From Armatimonadota bacterium (GTDB lineage: Bacteria; Armatimonadota; Fimbriimonadia; Fimbriimonadales; GBS-DC), in NCBI GenBank assembly GCA_037442365.1, contig JBBIQK010000005.1:1137-65136 (forward strand): DNA of 64,000 nucleotides. Direction: 5' to 3'. A program made the translations under genes and the position numbers. This document shows, piece after piece, positions 1 to 9,142 of the stretch (within the stretch, counting starts at the first letter, position 1; each line of letters starts with the position of its first letter). A model generated the notes under the pieces. It had not been told where the DNA came from and made no database searches. It was given only the letters and a program-made list of their open reading frames with translations.

Positions 1-374
1 AATACGCCGAGAAGGAAGCCAAACCGGGCATCACCCTGCGTGAACTCCATCAGAAGGTGGTGGAATTCTTCCGCAATCACAAGCTCCGTGCGAAAGACGA
101 GAACGGCAACGAGCAGACCCTCGACCGATTCTTCGTGCACGGGCTATCGCATATGATGGGCATGGATGTGCATGACCTCGATCCGAACCAGCCCCTGCGT
201 CCCGGGATGGTGTTCACCATCGAGCCCGGAGTGTATATCCCGTCGGAGGGCATCGGCATTCGGATTGAGGACGACTACCTGGTGACCGAGAACGGCGTGG
301 AGAACCTGAGCCGTGCGTTGCCGCGCGAGCCTGACGCGGTGGAGCGCATGGTGCGCGGCGCGCGACGACGGTAG
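1..374 (+). CDS. M24B Xaa-Pro aminopeptidase, C-terminal fragment (5' end outside window)
   Basis: Frame is open from nt 3. The tail HGLSHMMGMDVHD...MVFTIEPGVYIPSEGIGIRIEDDYLVTENGVENLS carries the metal-ligand blocks typical of pita-bread-fold PepP/PepQ peptidases. Confidence 0.85.
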   Translation, partial: YAEKEAKPGITLRELHQKVVEFFRNHKLRAKDENGNEQTLDRFFVHGLSHMMGMDVHDLDPNQPLRPGMVFTIEPGVYIPSEGIGIRIEDDYLVTENGVENLSRALPREPDAVERMVRGARRR

Positions 375-376
375 CC

Positions 377-685
377 ATGCTCGCGCTGTATTACCTGACC
401 TTCAGTCAGCCCGAACAGGCGCAGGCGGTCGCCCATGACCTCCTGCGGGAGAAGGTCGCCGTCTGCACGAACTGGTTCCCCATCACCTGCGCCTACCTGT
501 GGGAAGGCGCGGTGCAGCAGGAGTCGGAGACCGTGCTGATTGTGAAGGCGCGTGCGGGCATGCGCGAACCGATAGAAGCCATCGCCCGCCGCCACATCGA
601 TTACACGCACTTCGTGGGCGAGATTCCGCTCGCCAGCGTGAACGCCGACTTCGCTGAGTGGCTCACGCGCGAGCTGGGCGGCTAA
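377..685 (+). CDS. cutA: divalent-cation tolerance protein CutA
   Basis: 102 aa. AHDLLREKVAVCTNWFPITCAYLWEGAVQQESETVLIVKA matches the CutA1 family pattern and size. Confidence 0.85.
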   Translation: MLALYYLTFSQPEQAQAVAHDLLREKVAVCTNWFPITCAYLWEGAVQQESETVLIVKARAGMREPIEAIARRHIDYTHFVGEIPLASVNADFAEWLTRELGG

Positions 686-2739
686 TCCTTCGGCAGCACG
701 ATTTCCACCAGCGCGCTCTCCACGCCGCCCGTGCCCACCGTCGAGACGGCGAAGCGGTTGGCGTTCGAGAACCAGTAGAGGTCCTGATGCATCTGCAGCC
801 GCAGGTCGATGACCGCGCTGCGCGTGTCGGGCGTCACGGTCGCCACGGGGAACCATGGGCGGTCGTTCAGCCCATCGCTGGAGACGCGCCGGTAGACCCG
901 ATACGCCACGATGATGTCGTTATAGTGCTGGTCGCGCGTGATTTCGGGCGCGTCCCAGCGCAAGCGCACCTGATGCTCGTCGATGCGCTCCACCTGCAGG
1001 TTGCGCGGCGCGGGCGGCGAGTCGGGCGAACCGTAGGGCGTGCGCAGAGTGATCGTGTACCGCTCCGTGTGCCCGCGCAGATAGGCAATCAGGAAGTCGG
1101 TAATCTCCAGCCAGTAGTAGCAGGGGCGGTCATACCTGGTGATGCGCACGAGCAGCAGCCCACGCTGCCCCACGACATTGAGGTTGCCGAACGGGTTGGG
1201 GCGGCGATGGTAGCCGTTGAGCGTGCGCACCTCCTGCACGGGGCGGTTCGGCAGGCGCAGCAGCCCCTGCGCGTCAGTCTCGCCCACAATTACAGGCTCG
1301 CTGGAGACGGGATGCCCGAAGTTGCCGTCTTCGACCACCGCATAGAAGCGCACGCCCGCCTGCTGCTGGGGCGGCTGGCTCGTGTCCACCACCACGCCGC
1401 GCTGGAAAATCTCCACCCGCGCGCCCGCCACAGGCAACCCGTTCACATCCACCACCTGCAGGAAGTTCTCAGCGGGCAACGCGAAGTAGTAGTCGCCAAA
1501 GTGCCCGCGCGGCTTGTTCCATGTGCGGTTCAGATACCCCGCGCACACCTCCGACCACAGGTGCGGACCGTGCCAGTGCATCATGGTCTTGTAGCCGCGA
1601 TAGTAATGGGTCAGCATGTCGCCGTTGTCGGGCATGCGGTGGTTCTCGTGCCCGTGATAGTCCAGCACATACAGGTCGGTCAGCCCCAGCTGGTGTCCCA
1701 GCTCGTGCGGCAGCGACCACTCGGTGTTGTTGCGCCACTGCGGTTCGGGCGCTTTCCAGGTGCGGGCGCGGTCTTCGTCGCTCACGAAAATCCAGCCGCC
1801 CTGATCGTAGGCAATCCCGTCCGCCGAGAAACGGTTGCGCACCGCTTCGTCGATGTCGTCCGCGTAGATAATCCGATCCAGCCGCACACGCGCCTTAATC
1901 CCCTCTGGCGCGGAGGGGTACACGCTCTGCTCGAACAACAGATTCATAATCTCCAGATGCCAGCGGTAGTAGTCCTCCCACGCGAAAGTGCCGTAGGCGT
2001 TGCGGAACCCGTTCCACACCTTCACGCGCTCCCTGTGGACGATGTAGAAAAACGCGAAGCCCCACAGCGGGTCGGTAACCTGATTATTAATCGTGGCGAT
2101 TTCGCGCTGGCGGGTCAGAATCTGGAACTGCACATGGTGGAACCCCTCCTGCCACTGCCAGCGGGTTTGCAGCTCGATGCGTTCCTGCGGTTTGAGTCGT
2201 TTCGTGACGCGTCCGCGGGCGATTTCTTTGTCGTCGATTCGCCAGACATACTCGAAGGGCGCGGCGTCGGCGAAGCCCACATTTTTCACATGCGCGGTCA
2301 TCGTGATAGTCTCGCCGGGCGTATACTGGAACTTCAGCCCCTGCACGACGGCTTCGGGCTGCATGTAGGCGCGTTCGCCGAGGTCGGGCAGTGAGCCGCC
2401 CGCGATTCGGGGGCGTCCGTACTGGTCGTACTCGACGCGCCCGTGCAGCCCTGCGAGTTTGGGGTTCAGCTCGATATGCGTGATGGTCAGGTCGGGCAGG
2501 TTCGGCTGGGCGTCCCACGCCGCGTCGCGCTCAATCTGGAACTCCTTGACCAGTCGGCGCGGGTAGATTGTCCAGCGATCCGTGCCCACATCTTCGAGCC
2601 GTTCCCACACCACCAGGCGCACGCCCTCGTCGCGAATGTAGCAGTTCTCGATCACGCGCCCATCGTGCAGCACGAGCCGATCGGCGCCGGCGGTCGCCAG
2701 CAGCAGCGGGAGTCCCCACAGCGGAATGCAGCGGCGCAT
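682..2739 (-). CDS. secreted zinc-metalloprotease-like protein (HExxH) with C-terminal FN3-like domain
   Basis: Signal-like N-terminus MRRCIPLWGLPLLLATAGA. HELGHQLGLTDLY zinc motif. C-terminal PPAPRNLQVERIDEHQVRLRWDAP fibronectin-III-type pattern. Protease family not assignable by eye. Confidence 0.6.
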   Translation of the reverse strand: MRRCIPLWGLPLLLATAGADRLVLHDGRVIENCYIRDEGVRLVVWERLEDVGTDRWTIYPRRLVKEFQIERDAAWDAQPNLPDLTITHIELNPKLAGLHGRVEYDQYGRPRIAGGSLPDLGERAYMQPEAVVQGLKFQYTPGETITMTAHVKNVGFADAAPFEYVWRIDDKEIARGRVTKRLKPQERIELQTRWQWQEGFHHVQFQILTRQREIATINNQVTDPLWGFAFFYIVHRERVKVWNGFRNAYGTFAWEDYYRWHLEIMNLLFEQSVYPSAPEGIKARVRLDRIIYADDIDEAVRNRFSADGIAYDQGGWIFVSDEDRARTWKAPEPQWRNNTEWSLPHELGHQLGLTDLYVLDYHGHENHRMPDNGDMLTHYYRGYKTMMHWHGPHLWSEVCAGYLNRTWNKPRGHFGDYYFALPAENFLQVVDVNGLPVAGARVEIFQRGVVVDTSQPPQQQAGVRFYAVVEDGNFGHPVSSEPVIVGETDAQGLLRLPNRPVQEVRTLNGYHRRPNPFGNLNVVGQRGLLLVRITRYDRPCYYWLEITDFLIAYLRGHTERYTITLRTPYGSPDSPPAPRNLQVERIDEHQVRLRWDAPEITRDQHYNDIIVAYRVYRRVSSDGLNDRPWFPVATVTPDTRSAVIDLRLQMHQDLYWFSNANRFAVSTVGTGGVESALVEIVLPKD

Positions 2740-2783
2740 AGTGAAATGGCAATTCGTGTGTCGCCTGCACTTTCCTGCTCAGG

Positions 2784-2789
2784 TATAAT
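2784..2789 (+). promoter_or_regulatory. -10 box (aggTATAAT) upstream of the TPM-domain gene
   Basis: GGTATAAT lies 19 nt before ATG 2809. Same extended motif as the rrn promoters in this window. Confidence 0.45.
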
Positions 2790-2808
2790 CCCCTGCTGGG
2801 GAACAGGC

Positions 2809-4098
2809 ATGCAAGGATTATGGGGACGCTGGGTGCTGAGCGCTATTGCGTTGCTCGGCGTGCTGGGGGGCTGGAGCCAGCCGATTGCGCGCGTGCCCAA
2901 CCCGCGCGCGACGGACGGGGGCTGGGTGGCGGACATGGCGGGTGTGCTGAACCCGCAACAGAAAGCCGCGCTGAACCGCATGATTGACCAGCTGGAGCGC
3001 GACACAGGAGCGGAAATCGCCGTCGTGATTGTGCGCCGCACGGAGGACGCGACCCCTAAAGAGTACGCCACCGAGCTGTTCAACCGCTGGGGCGTGGGCA
3101 AGCGCGACGCGGACAACGGCGTGCTGATGCTGGTCGCGCTGGGCGATCGGCGCGTGGAAATCGAAACAGGCTACGGGATGGAGTCCATCCTGCCCGACGC
3201 CGTCGCAGGCGAGATACTGGACACGGCGGTCGTGCCCCGATTCCGCGCGGGCGATATTGCAGGTGGCGTAATCGCTGGAGTAGAGGCGATTGCCGACCGA
3301 ATCCGCGCCGCCCAGCAAGCAGGCGCGTATGAGCCAACGGCGCCAGCCCTCCCCTACGCACCAGGAAGCTACGCCCCCCGTGAGGACACGCCTCTCGGTA
3401 GTGAGCCGTACAATCCGCAGCCCGTGCCCGCACTGCCCATCGGCGGTATCCTGCTGCTGGGCGGCGGCGCGCTGGGGCTGCTGGCGTATGCCCTGCGCGA
3501 GCGACCGCCGAAGTGCCCTTCCTGTCAGCAGCGGATGCGCCTGCTGGACGAACAAGCCGACGACGCCTACCTGAACGAACTCCAACGCGCCGAAGAGCAA
3601 CTGGGCAGCGTGAACTACCTCGTGTGGCGGTGCGACGCATGCGACACGCTGGAAATCTTTCCCAAGGTCGCGCTACTGAACGCCTACGACCGCTGCCCGA
3701 AGTGCAACGGCATGACCGTGCGCGAGACGGTGCGGGTGGTGCGCACGCCGACCTACACGCGCACAGGGCTGGAACTCATCCTGCGCCAGTGCAAAAACCC
3801 GCGCTGCAACTTCTCGGAAGAGCGCGAGCGCACCCTGCCCAAACGCGAGCGGTTCGACGACGAATGGTGGAGAGGCGCGCGCGGCGGCGGCTGGACCACT
3901 GGCGGTGGGTGGTCGTCGGGGGGCGGCTGGTCGTCCAGCGATAGCGGCTGGGGGTCGGGCGGCGGTTGGTCATCAGGCGACAGTGGCTGGTCATCAGGCG
4001 ACAGTGGCTGGTCGTCAGGCGACAGCGGTTGGTCGTCGGGCGGTGGGAGCTTCGGCGGTGGTTCGTCTGGGGGCGGCGGCGCAGGCAGGAGCTGGTGA
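2809..4098 (+). CDS. TPM-domain (YgcG-like) membrane protein with Cys4 zinc ribbons and Gly/Trp/Ser repeat tail
   Basis: Start moved to ATG 2809 (signal-like MQGLWGRWVLSAIALLGVLGG). GWVADMAGVLNPQQKAALNRMIDQLERDTGAEIAVVIV...VEIETGYG is a TPM/TLP18.3-type domain. TM segment, then CPSC...CDAC and CPKC...CKNPRC, then a GWSSGDS x4 tail. Confidence 0.8.
   Translation: MQGLWGRWVLSAIALLGVLGGWSQPIARVPNPRATDGGWVADMAGVLNPQQKAALNRMIDQLERDTGAEIAVVIVRRTEDATPKEYATELFNRWGVGKRDADNGVLMLVALGDRRVEIETGYGMESILPDAVAGEILDTAVVPRFRAGDIAGGVIAGVEAIADRIRAAQQAGAYEPTAPALPYAPGSYAPREDTPLGSEPYNPQPVPALPIGGILLLGGGALGLLAYALRERPPKCPSCQQRMRLLDEQADDAYLNELQRAEEQLGSVNYLVWRCDACDTLEIFPKVALLNAYDRCPKCNGMTVRETVRVVRTPTYTRTGLELILRQCKNPRCNFSEERERTLPKRERFDDEWWRGARGGGWTTGGGWSSGGGWSSSDSGWGSGGGWSSGDSGWSSGDSGWSSGDSGWSSGGGSFGGGSSGGGGAGRSW
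3964..4047 (+). repeat. four tandem 21-nt coding repeats (GWSSGDS units) in the TPM protein tail
   Basis: ggYtggtcRtcaggcgacagY occurs four times head-to-tail. Confidence 0.8.
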
Positions 4099-4751
4099 TG
4101 CACGACGAGAAACTTACCCCCGAACAGGCACAGGAGGTCATCCGCGAGGCGGTGCGCCTCCAGCAGGAGCAGGAGAACGCCATCGATACGCAGACGCTGG
4201 AGACCAGCGCCGCGGAGATGGGCGTCGACCCGCAACACCTGCGCGACGCCCTGCGCAAAGTCGCCCAGGAGCGCGAGCGACGCGCCCGACAAGTGCGCTA
4301 CGGGCTGATTGCGCTGGGAGCGTTCGCCGCGCTGTTTCTGATGAGCCTCTTCTACAGCCAGCGCGCTCTGAGCGCGGCATTCGCAGAAGTGCAATTCCGA
4401 CGCGCCCAGCTGGAGAATGTGCAACAGCGAAAGGCGAACCTCATCCCGCGACTGGAGCAATTGATGGCGCAGGCGAACGCGCAACAGCGTGAGCGACTGC
4501 AGACGCTGGCGACCGCCCTGCGCGAGAACCCCGCCGCCGCCGAGCAACTCCTGCAGGACCCTGCCCTGCGCAACGACTGGCTGGCGGTGCGCCTGATGGA
4601 CGAAATCGCAGGCAGCGAGAATCGGGTTGCCGTCGAGCGCAAACGCTTCGAGGAAGCCGCCGCCCGCTACGAGCAGACTGCGCGCCAGTTCCCCATCGCG
4701 CTGATGCGCCCGCTGCTGGGCTACCCGCCTGCCGTCGAGCGACCGAAATAA
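4098..4751 (+). CDS. lemA: LemA family protein
   Basis: ATG 4098 overlaps the TPM stop (tgATG). One TM segment, then QLENVQQRKANLIPRLEQLM...SENRVAVERKRFEEAAARYEQTARQFPIALMRPLLGY typical of LemA. LemA and TPM genes are commonly neighbours. Confidence 0.85.
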   Translation: MHDEKLTPEQAQEVIREAVRLQQEQENAIDTQTLETSAAEMGVDPQHLRDALRKVAQERERRARQVRYGLIALGAFAALFLMSLFYSQRALSAAFAEVQFRRAQLENVQQRKANLIPRLEQLMAQANAQQRERLQTLATALRENPAAAEQLLQDPALRNDWLAVRLMDEIAGSENRVAVERKRFEEAAARYEQTARQFPIALMRPLLGYPPAVERPK

Positions 4752-4752
4752 A

Positions 4753-4779
4753 CGCAGGGCGGGTTTTGCCCGCCCTGCG
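4753..4779 (+). terminator. GC-rich hairpin after lemA (no clear U-tract)
   Basis: cgcagggcggg-ttttg-cccgccctgcg sits immediately after the stop codon. Confidence 0.4.
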
Positions 4780-4937
4780 CGACTCTCCTCTCAAAGGCTT
4801 CAGAATTCTTCCTTTCTACCCAGAATAACTGCCAATCTACCTGCATGTGCTACAGCAACTTTTGTGCCAAACGATTCGCGGAGAGCATTCAAGTCTGCCC
4901 CTACCGCTGCCGATAATTGGACTGGAGGGATTAATCA

Positions 4938-5852
4938 ATGGCTTCGCTACAGCGATTCATGGGCTTGGGCAAGAGTCCCGCCTACGACTCAGCGTTAGAG
5001 TATTATGAAGCGGAGCGGTACAGCGACGCGATTCCGCTCTTCGAGATGGCGATTGGCGAATGCAACGACCCGACCGTTCAGAAGCTGGCGCGGGCGTATC
5101 TGGCAGAATCGTATGCCCGGTTGGGCTATCGGCGTATCAATCAGGGCGACTGGGAGCGCGCCTACGCCTACTTCACAGCGGCGACCGACTATGCGCCCCA
5201 GTACGCCGACTGGTGGTTTCAGGCAGGCTACGCTGCCTATAAGCAAGGACAGTACGCAGACGCCCTGCGCGCGCTGCATCAGGCGACGCAGGTCAACCCC
5301 AGCTTCGGGCGCGCCTGGTTCCTGACAGGACTCGCGCAATACGCCAGCGGCGCACGCGAGCAGGGACTGACAACCCTGCAGCAATGGGCAGTGCAGCTGG
5401 GAATCACGCCTGAGCAGTTCAACGAAGCCCTTACCCTGCACCGCGAGTCGCGTTTCGCGCACGCGCAACAGGCGTTTGAGGAGATGCTGCACAACGCCCA
5501 GGACAACTACGCCGAATACATTCAGTGGGGGGATGAGGCGTACCAGCGCGGCGACCTGCAGACCGCCGAAGCGTGCTTCCGCCATGTGCTGAACGCGCGC
5601 CCGAACTACGCCGATGTGCGCAACCGACTCGGCGTCGTGCTGACCGCGCAGGGACGCGACGAGGAAGCCATCGACCAGTTCATCATCGCTGTCCGCATCA
5701 ACCCGCGCTACACGGAGGCGCACATCAACCTCGCAATCGCCTACTACGAGCTGGGCTACACTGAGCAGGCAAAAGCGCATTACCAGCAGGTGCTGGCGTA
5801 TGACCCAGACAACAGCACTGCCCGCGAGGCGCTGCAGCGAATGGCGGCGTAG
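4938..5852 (+). CDS. tetratricopeptide-repeat protein
   Basis: GGAGGG SD 8 nt upstream. Repeated A..Y....G.Y..A...F..A-type TPR units, e.g. AEACFRHVLNARPNYADVRNRLGVVLTAQGRDEEAIDQF. Confidence 0.8.
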   Translation: MASLQRFMGLGKSPAYDSALEYYEAERYSDAIPLFEMAIGECNDPTVQKLARAYLAESYARLGYRRINQGDWERAYAYFTAATDYAPQYADWWFQAGYAAYKQGQYADALRALHQATQVNPSFGRAWFLTGLAQYASGAREQGLTTLQQWAVQLGITPEQFNEALTLHRESRFAHAQQAFEEMLHNAQDNYAEYIQWGDEAYQRGDLQTAEACFRHVLNARPNYADVRNRLGVVLTAQGRDEEAIDQFIIAVRINPRYTEAHINLAIAYYELGYTEQAKAHYQQVLAYDPDNSTAREALQRMAA

Positions 5853-5864
5853 TTAGACGGCAGG

Positions 5865-5870
5865 TACAAT
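5865..5870 (+). promoter_or_regulatory. -10 box (ggTACAAT) 7 nt upstream of the mutY GTG start
   Basis: caggtacaattccgtttGTG. The spacing implies a leaderless or near-leaderless transcript. Confidence 0.45.
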
Positions 5871-5877
5871 TCCGTTT

Positions 5878-6990
5878 GTGGCGCAGGCGTCGCTCGACAC
5901 GGACTGGATACGCGAACTGCGGCGGGCGCTGCAGGCATGGTTCGCCATGCATCAGCGCCCGACCCCATGGCGCGACAATCCCGACCCGTATCGCGTGTGG
6001 GTGTCGGAGGTGATGCTCCAGCAGACACAGACAGCGACCGTTATCCCCTACTTCGAACGGTTCATCACGCGCTTCCCGACGGTACAGGCGCTGGCGGATG
6101 CGCCGCTGGAGGAGGTGCTGCGCTACTGGGAGGGGCTGGGCTACTACGCACGGGCGCGCAACCTGCACCGCGCGGCGCAGCAGATTGTCCAGAATGGCGG
6201 ACGCCTGCCAACGACCGTCGACCGCCTGCGCGAGCTGCCTGGGATCGGCGCGTACACAGCAGGCGCGATTGCCAGCATCGCCTTCGGGCAGCCGACGCCT
6301 GTGGTGGATGGGAATGTGACGCGCGTGCTGGCGCGCCTGCTGTGGCTCAAGGGCGACCTCAAAACGCACGCCGCGCAAAAGCAACTCTGGCAACTCTGCG
6401 AGCAACTGATTGACCCCCAGCAGCCCGGCGCGTTCAATCAGGCGATGATGGAGCTGGGCTCCACAGTGTGCCTGCCTGCGCAGCCGCGCTGTGGGGCGTG
6501 CCCCGTGAGCCATCTGTGCGCGGCGTATCAGCGTGGGCAGCCGACCGCCGTGCCCGAACCGTCAAGGCGCGCGGCGACCCTGACGCGCGTGGATGTCTCC
6601 GCGATAATCCTGCGCGAGGGGCAGTGCCTGCTGGCGCGGCGCGCGCCCGACGGGCTGTGGGGGGGACTGTGGGAGTTTCCGCGCGCCTCGCGGGAAAGGC
6701 GCGAGAGCCTCGAACAGGTCGCGCAGCGCGCCGCCGCGCAGGTAGGCGTCCACATCGAGCCGCTCCAGACGCTTACCAGCCTGCAACACGCCGTGACCAA
6801 CTCGCGCATTCGATTGTACGGCTACCTGTGCGCGTGGGCGTCGGGCGAGGCGCAGCCCGCGGACGCCTACGACGCCGTCGCATGGGTCGCTCCCGATGCG
6901 CTCGCCAGCTATCCCCTCTCCGCGCCCCAGCGCCGACTCGCGCGCGCCCTCACCCAGCACGGCGGGCAACTCAGCCTGCAGCAGGTATAA
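5878..6990 (+). CDS. mutY: A/G-specific adenine DNA glycosylase
   Basis: PWRDNPDPYRVWVSEVMLQQTQTATVIPYFERF...GLGYYARARNLH HhH-GPD block. Cys cluster CLPAQPRCGACPVSHLC (4Fe-4S). NUDIX-like C-terminal domain. Confidence 0.9.
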   Translation: MAQASLDTDWIRELRRALQAWFAMHQRPTPWRDNPDPYRVWVSEVMLQQTQTATVIPYFERFITRFPTVQALADAPLEEVLRYWEGLGYYARARNLHRAAQQIVQNGGRLPTTVDRLRELPGIGAYTAGAIASIAFGQPTPVVDGNVTRVLARLLWLKGDLKTHAAQKQLWQLCEQLIDPQQPGAFNQAMMELGSTVCLPAQPRCGACPVSHLCAAYQRGQPTAVPEPSRRAATLTRVDVSAIILREGQCLLARRAPDGLWGGLWEFPRASRERRESLEQVAQRAAAQVGVHIEPLQTLTSLQHAVTNSRIRLYGYLCAWASGEAQPADAYDAVAWVAPDALASYPLSAPQRRLARALTQHGGQLSLQQV

Positions 6991-6991
6991 T
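6986..6991 (+). promoter_or_regulatory. -10 box (ggTATAAT) for argH, overlapping the mutY stop codon
   Basis: gcaggTATAATcccgcacgATG. The TAA stop of mutY (6988-6990) lies inside the hexamer, and ATG 7000 is 8 nt downstream. Confidence 0.45.
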
Positions 6992-6999
6992 CCCGCACG

Positions 7000-8424
7000 A
7001 TGCAACACGGCGACCGAAAAATGTGGGGCGGGCGATTCGAAGGCAAACTCTCGCCCGAAGCGGAGGCGTATTCCTATTCCTTACAGCACGATGTTCGGCT
7101 CTGGAAGGAAGAGCTGCGCGCCAGCGCGGCGCACGCCCGCATGATGGGCATCACGGGCATGCTCAGCACACACGAGGCGAACCGTATCGTGGACGCCCTG
7201 CTCGAAATCCACGCCGAGATCGAAGAGGGCGAATGGCTCCCGCTGGACGATTACGAAGACATCCACACGGCGATCGAGGCGCGCCTGTACGAGAAAATCG
7301 GCGCGCTGGCAGGCAAGCTACACACGGGGCGCAGCCGCAACGACCTCGTGGCGACCGAGACGCGCATGTGGCTGCGCGAGCGCACGACCGACCTCGCGCG
7401 CGCCATGCTGCGCCTGTGCGGGCAACTGATGGAACTCGCCGAGCAACATCTGGAGACGCTCCTGCCCGGACTGACGCATCAGCAGCATGCGCAGCCCGTG
7501 ACGCTGGCGCAGCACCTGATGGCGCATTGCTGGGCGTTCATTCGCGACCTGTCGCGACTGGCGCACGCGGGCGACCGCATGAACCTCTGTCCGCTGGGCG
7601 CAGGCGCGCTGTCGGGCACGAGCTTCCCCATCGATCGCGAGCTGCTCGCGGCGGAACTCGGCTTCGCGATGCCCGCACCCAACAGCATGGACGCCGTCGC
7701 CGACCGCGATTTCGTCGCCGAGTACCTGTTCGTGAGCGCGCTGCTGATGGTGCATCTGAGCCGCCTCGCGCAGGAACTGATCCTCTGGAGTACGCCCGAA
7801 TACGGCTATGTGGAACTCTCCGATGAACACACGACGGGCAGCAGCATCATGCCCCAGAAAAAGAACCCCGACATCGCCGAGCTGATTCGGGGGCGCAGCG
7901 CGCTGGTGATTGGCAACCTGACGGGCATGCTCGCGCTGCTGAAGGGGCTGCCGCTGACCTACAATCGCGATCTGCAGGACGACAAGCCGCTGCTGTTCGC
8001 GACGATGGACACTGCGATTTCGTCGGCAACGCTGATGCGCCAGATGCTGGAGAAGGCGCACTGGAACACCGAGCGCATGCGCGCCGCGCTGCAGGGCGAC
8101 TTCTCGACGGCGACGGAGCTGGCGGACTACCTGGTGCGCAAGGGCGTGCCCTTCCGCGAGGCGCACGCAATTGTCGGCGGCATCGTGCGCGAATGCCTGC
8201 AACAGGGCGTTGCGCTCGAATCGCTGACGCTGGAGACGCTCCAGCGCCATCATCCGCGATTTGAGGTGGACGCGCTGGAGGCGATTGACCCCCTGCAGGC
8301 GGTGCGGGCGCGCGCCATCCTGGGCGGAACCGCCCCCGAAGCGGTACAGCAGCAGATTAAGCAAGCCAAGCAGTGGCTGGGGGTCATCGAGAACCAGCTC
8401 AACGAGTTGCTGAACCCGAACTGA
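7000..8424 (+). CDS. argH: argininosuccinate lyase
   Basis: MWGGRFEGKLSPEAE...; TGRSRNDLVATE; GTSFPIDRE; GSSIMPQKKNPD signature. Start could also be ATG 7021. Confidence 0.95.
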   Translation: MQHGDRKMWGGRFEGKLSPEAEAYSYSLQHDVRLWKEELRASAAHARMMGITGMLSTHEANRIVDALLEIHAEIEEGEWLPLDDYEDIHTAIEARLYEKIGALAGKLHTGRSRNDLVATETRMWLRERTTDLARAMLRLCGQLMELAEQHLETLLPGLTHQQHAQPVTLAQHLMAHCWAFIRDLSRLAHAGDRMNLCPLGAGALSGTSFPIDRELLAAELGFAMPAPNSMDAVADRDFVAEYLFVSALLMVHLSRLAQELILWSTPEYGYVELSDEHTTGSSIMPQKKNPDIAELIRGRSALVIGNLTGMLALLKGLPLTYNRDLQDDKPLLFATMDTAISSATLMRQMLEKAHWNTERMRAALQGDFSTATELADYLVRKGVPFREAHAIVGGIVRECLQQGVALESLTLETLQRHHPRFEVDALEAIDPLQAVRARAILGGTAPEAVQQQIKQAKQWLGVIENQLNELLNPN

Positions 8425-8957
8425 TGGCGCAGTGGTTGCGGAGCGAGGCGTGGCGGTTGCGCTGGTTGCCGCTGCTGACGGCGGCGGCGGGGCTGACGGC
8501 GGCGTTCCTGCTGCAGGATGTGCCGATAGTCCGTCGGCACGCGCTGCTGCTGGCGTTGCTGGCGGGGCTGGGCTTCTTCCTGCCTGCCGTGCGCCATCGG
8601 CTGCTGATTCTGTTCGCCTACGGGCTGGGGCTTTATTTTATCGTCAAGTCGGTCGCGACATGGCTGGGGCTGCCGCTGGGCGAGCTGGGCGCGGTGGAGC
8701 AGGTGCTGTGGTTCGTGCTGGGCTGGTTGTGCATCGTCAGCGCGCTGGGAATGGGGCGTCGCTCGCCGCCTGAGTGGGCGGTCGCCCTGCTGATGGTCGC
8801 GCTGGGGCTTTACTTTGCGAACTTCACTTTTGTGCATTACGCGCAGAACAACTGGCTGCAGGTCATCGCGGGCGTGGGGCTGACGGGCGCGGCGCTGTGG
8901 CACGCGGCAGTCGTGTGGGCGTCCCCGCCCGATGAGACGCCCCTGCAGAAAGGCTGA
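8424..8957 (+). CDS. hypothetical integral membrane protein
   Basis: ATG overlaps the argH stop (cTGATGg). About 5 hydrophobic segments. No recognisable motif. Confidence 0.5.
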   Translation: MAQWLRSEAWRLRWLPLLTAAAGLTAAFLLQDVPIVRRHALLLALLAGLGFFLPAVRHRLLILFAYGLGLYFIVKSVATWLGLPLGELGAVEQVLWFVLGWLCIVSALGMGRRSPPEWAVALLMVALGLYFANFTFVHYAQNNWLQVIAGVGLTGAALWHAAVVWASPPDETPLQKG

Positions 8958-9142
8958 CCACGCAGCCCCGAAATCGTCTCGCGCACACCTCGGAGGTGAA
9001 TCTACCCCACCAGGATAATCGGTCGCCGTGGTCCATGAAAGGGACTCGTTTTTGAACCCAAAGGGGTGACCCGCTCCTGATACCAACTGCGCCGTCAGAG
9101 TTCATAATTGCCGTGCATCTACAGCCAGAGCCACGCGCGTTT

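Noticed and set aside
658-2394. 578-aa plus-strand ORF
   Set aside because: It is antisense to the well-supported HExxH protease gene. The translation is Arg/His/Ala/Val/Gly-rich low-complexity sequence with no motif, which is typical of a shadow ORF in high-GC DNA.
2443-2808. Upstream extensions of ORFs 2443-4098, 34190-35296, 52429-53898, 31990-33444 and 43055-43711
   Set aside because: The extensions overlap neighbouring genes or promoters and are Arg/Pro-rich. Internal starts give proper signal peptides or family N-termini and better promoter or SD context.
6468-7826. 452-aa plus-strand ORF overlapping mutY and argH out of frame
   Set aside because: The translation is an Arg/Ala/Pro/Gly-rich alternative frame of two confidently called genes, with no independent support.
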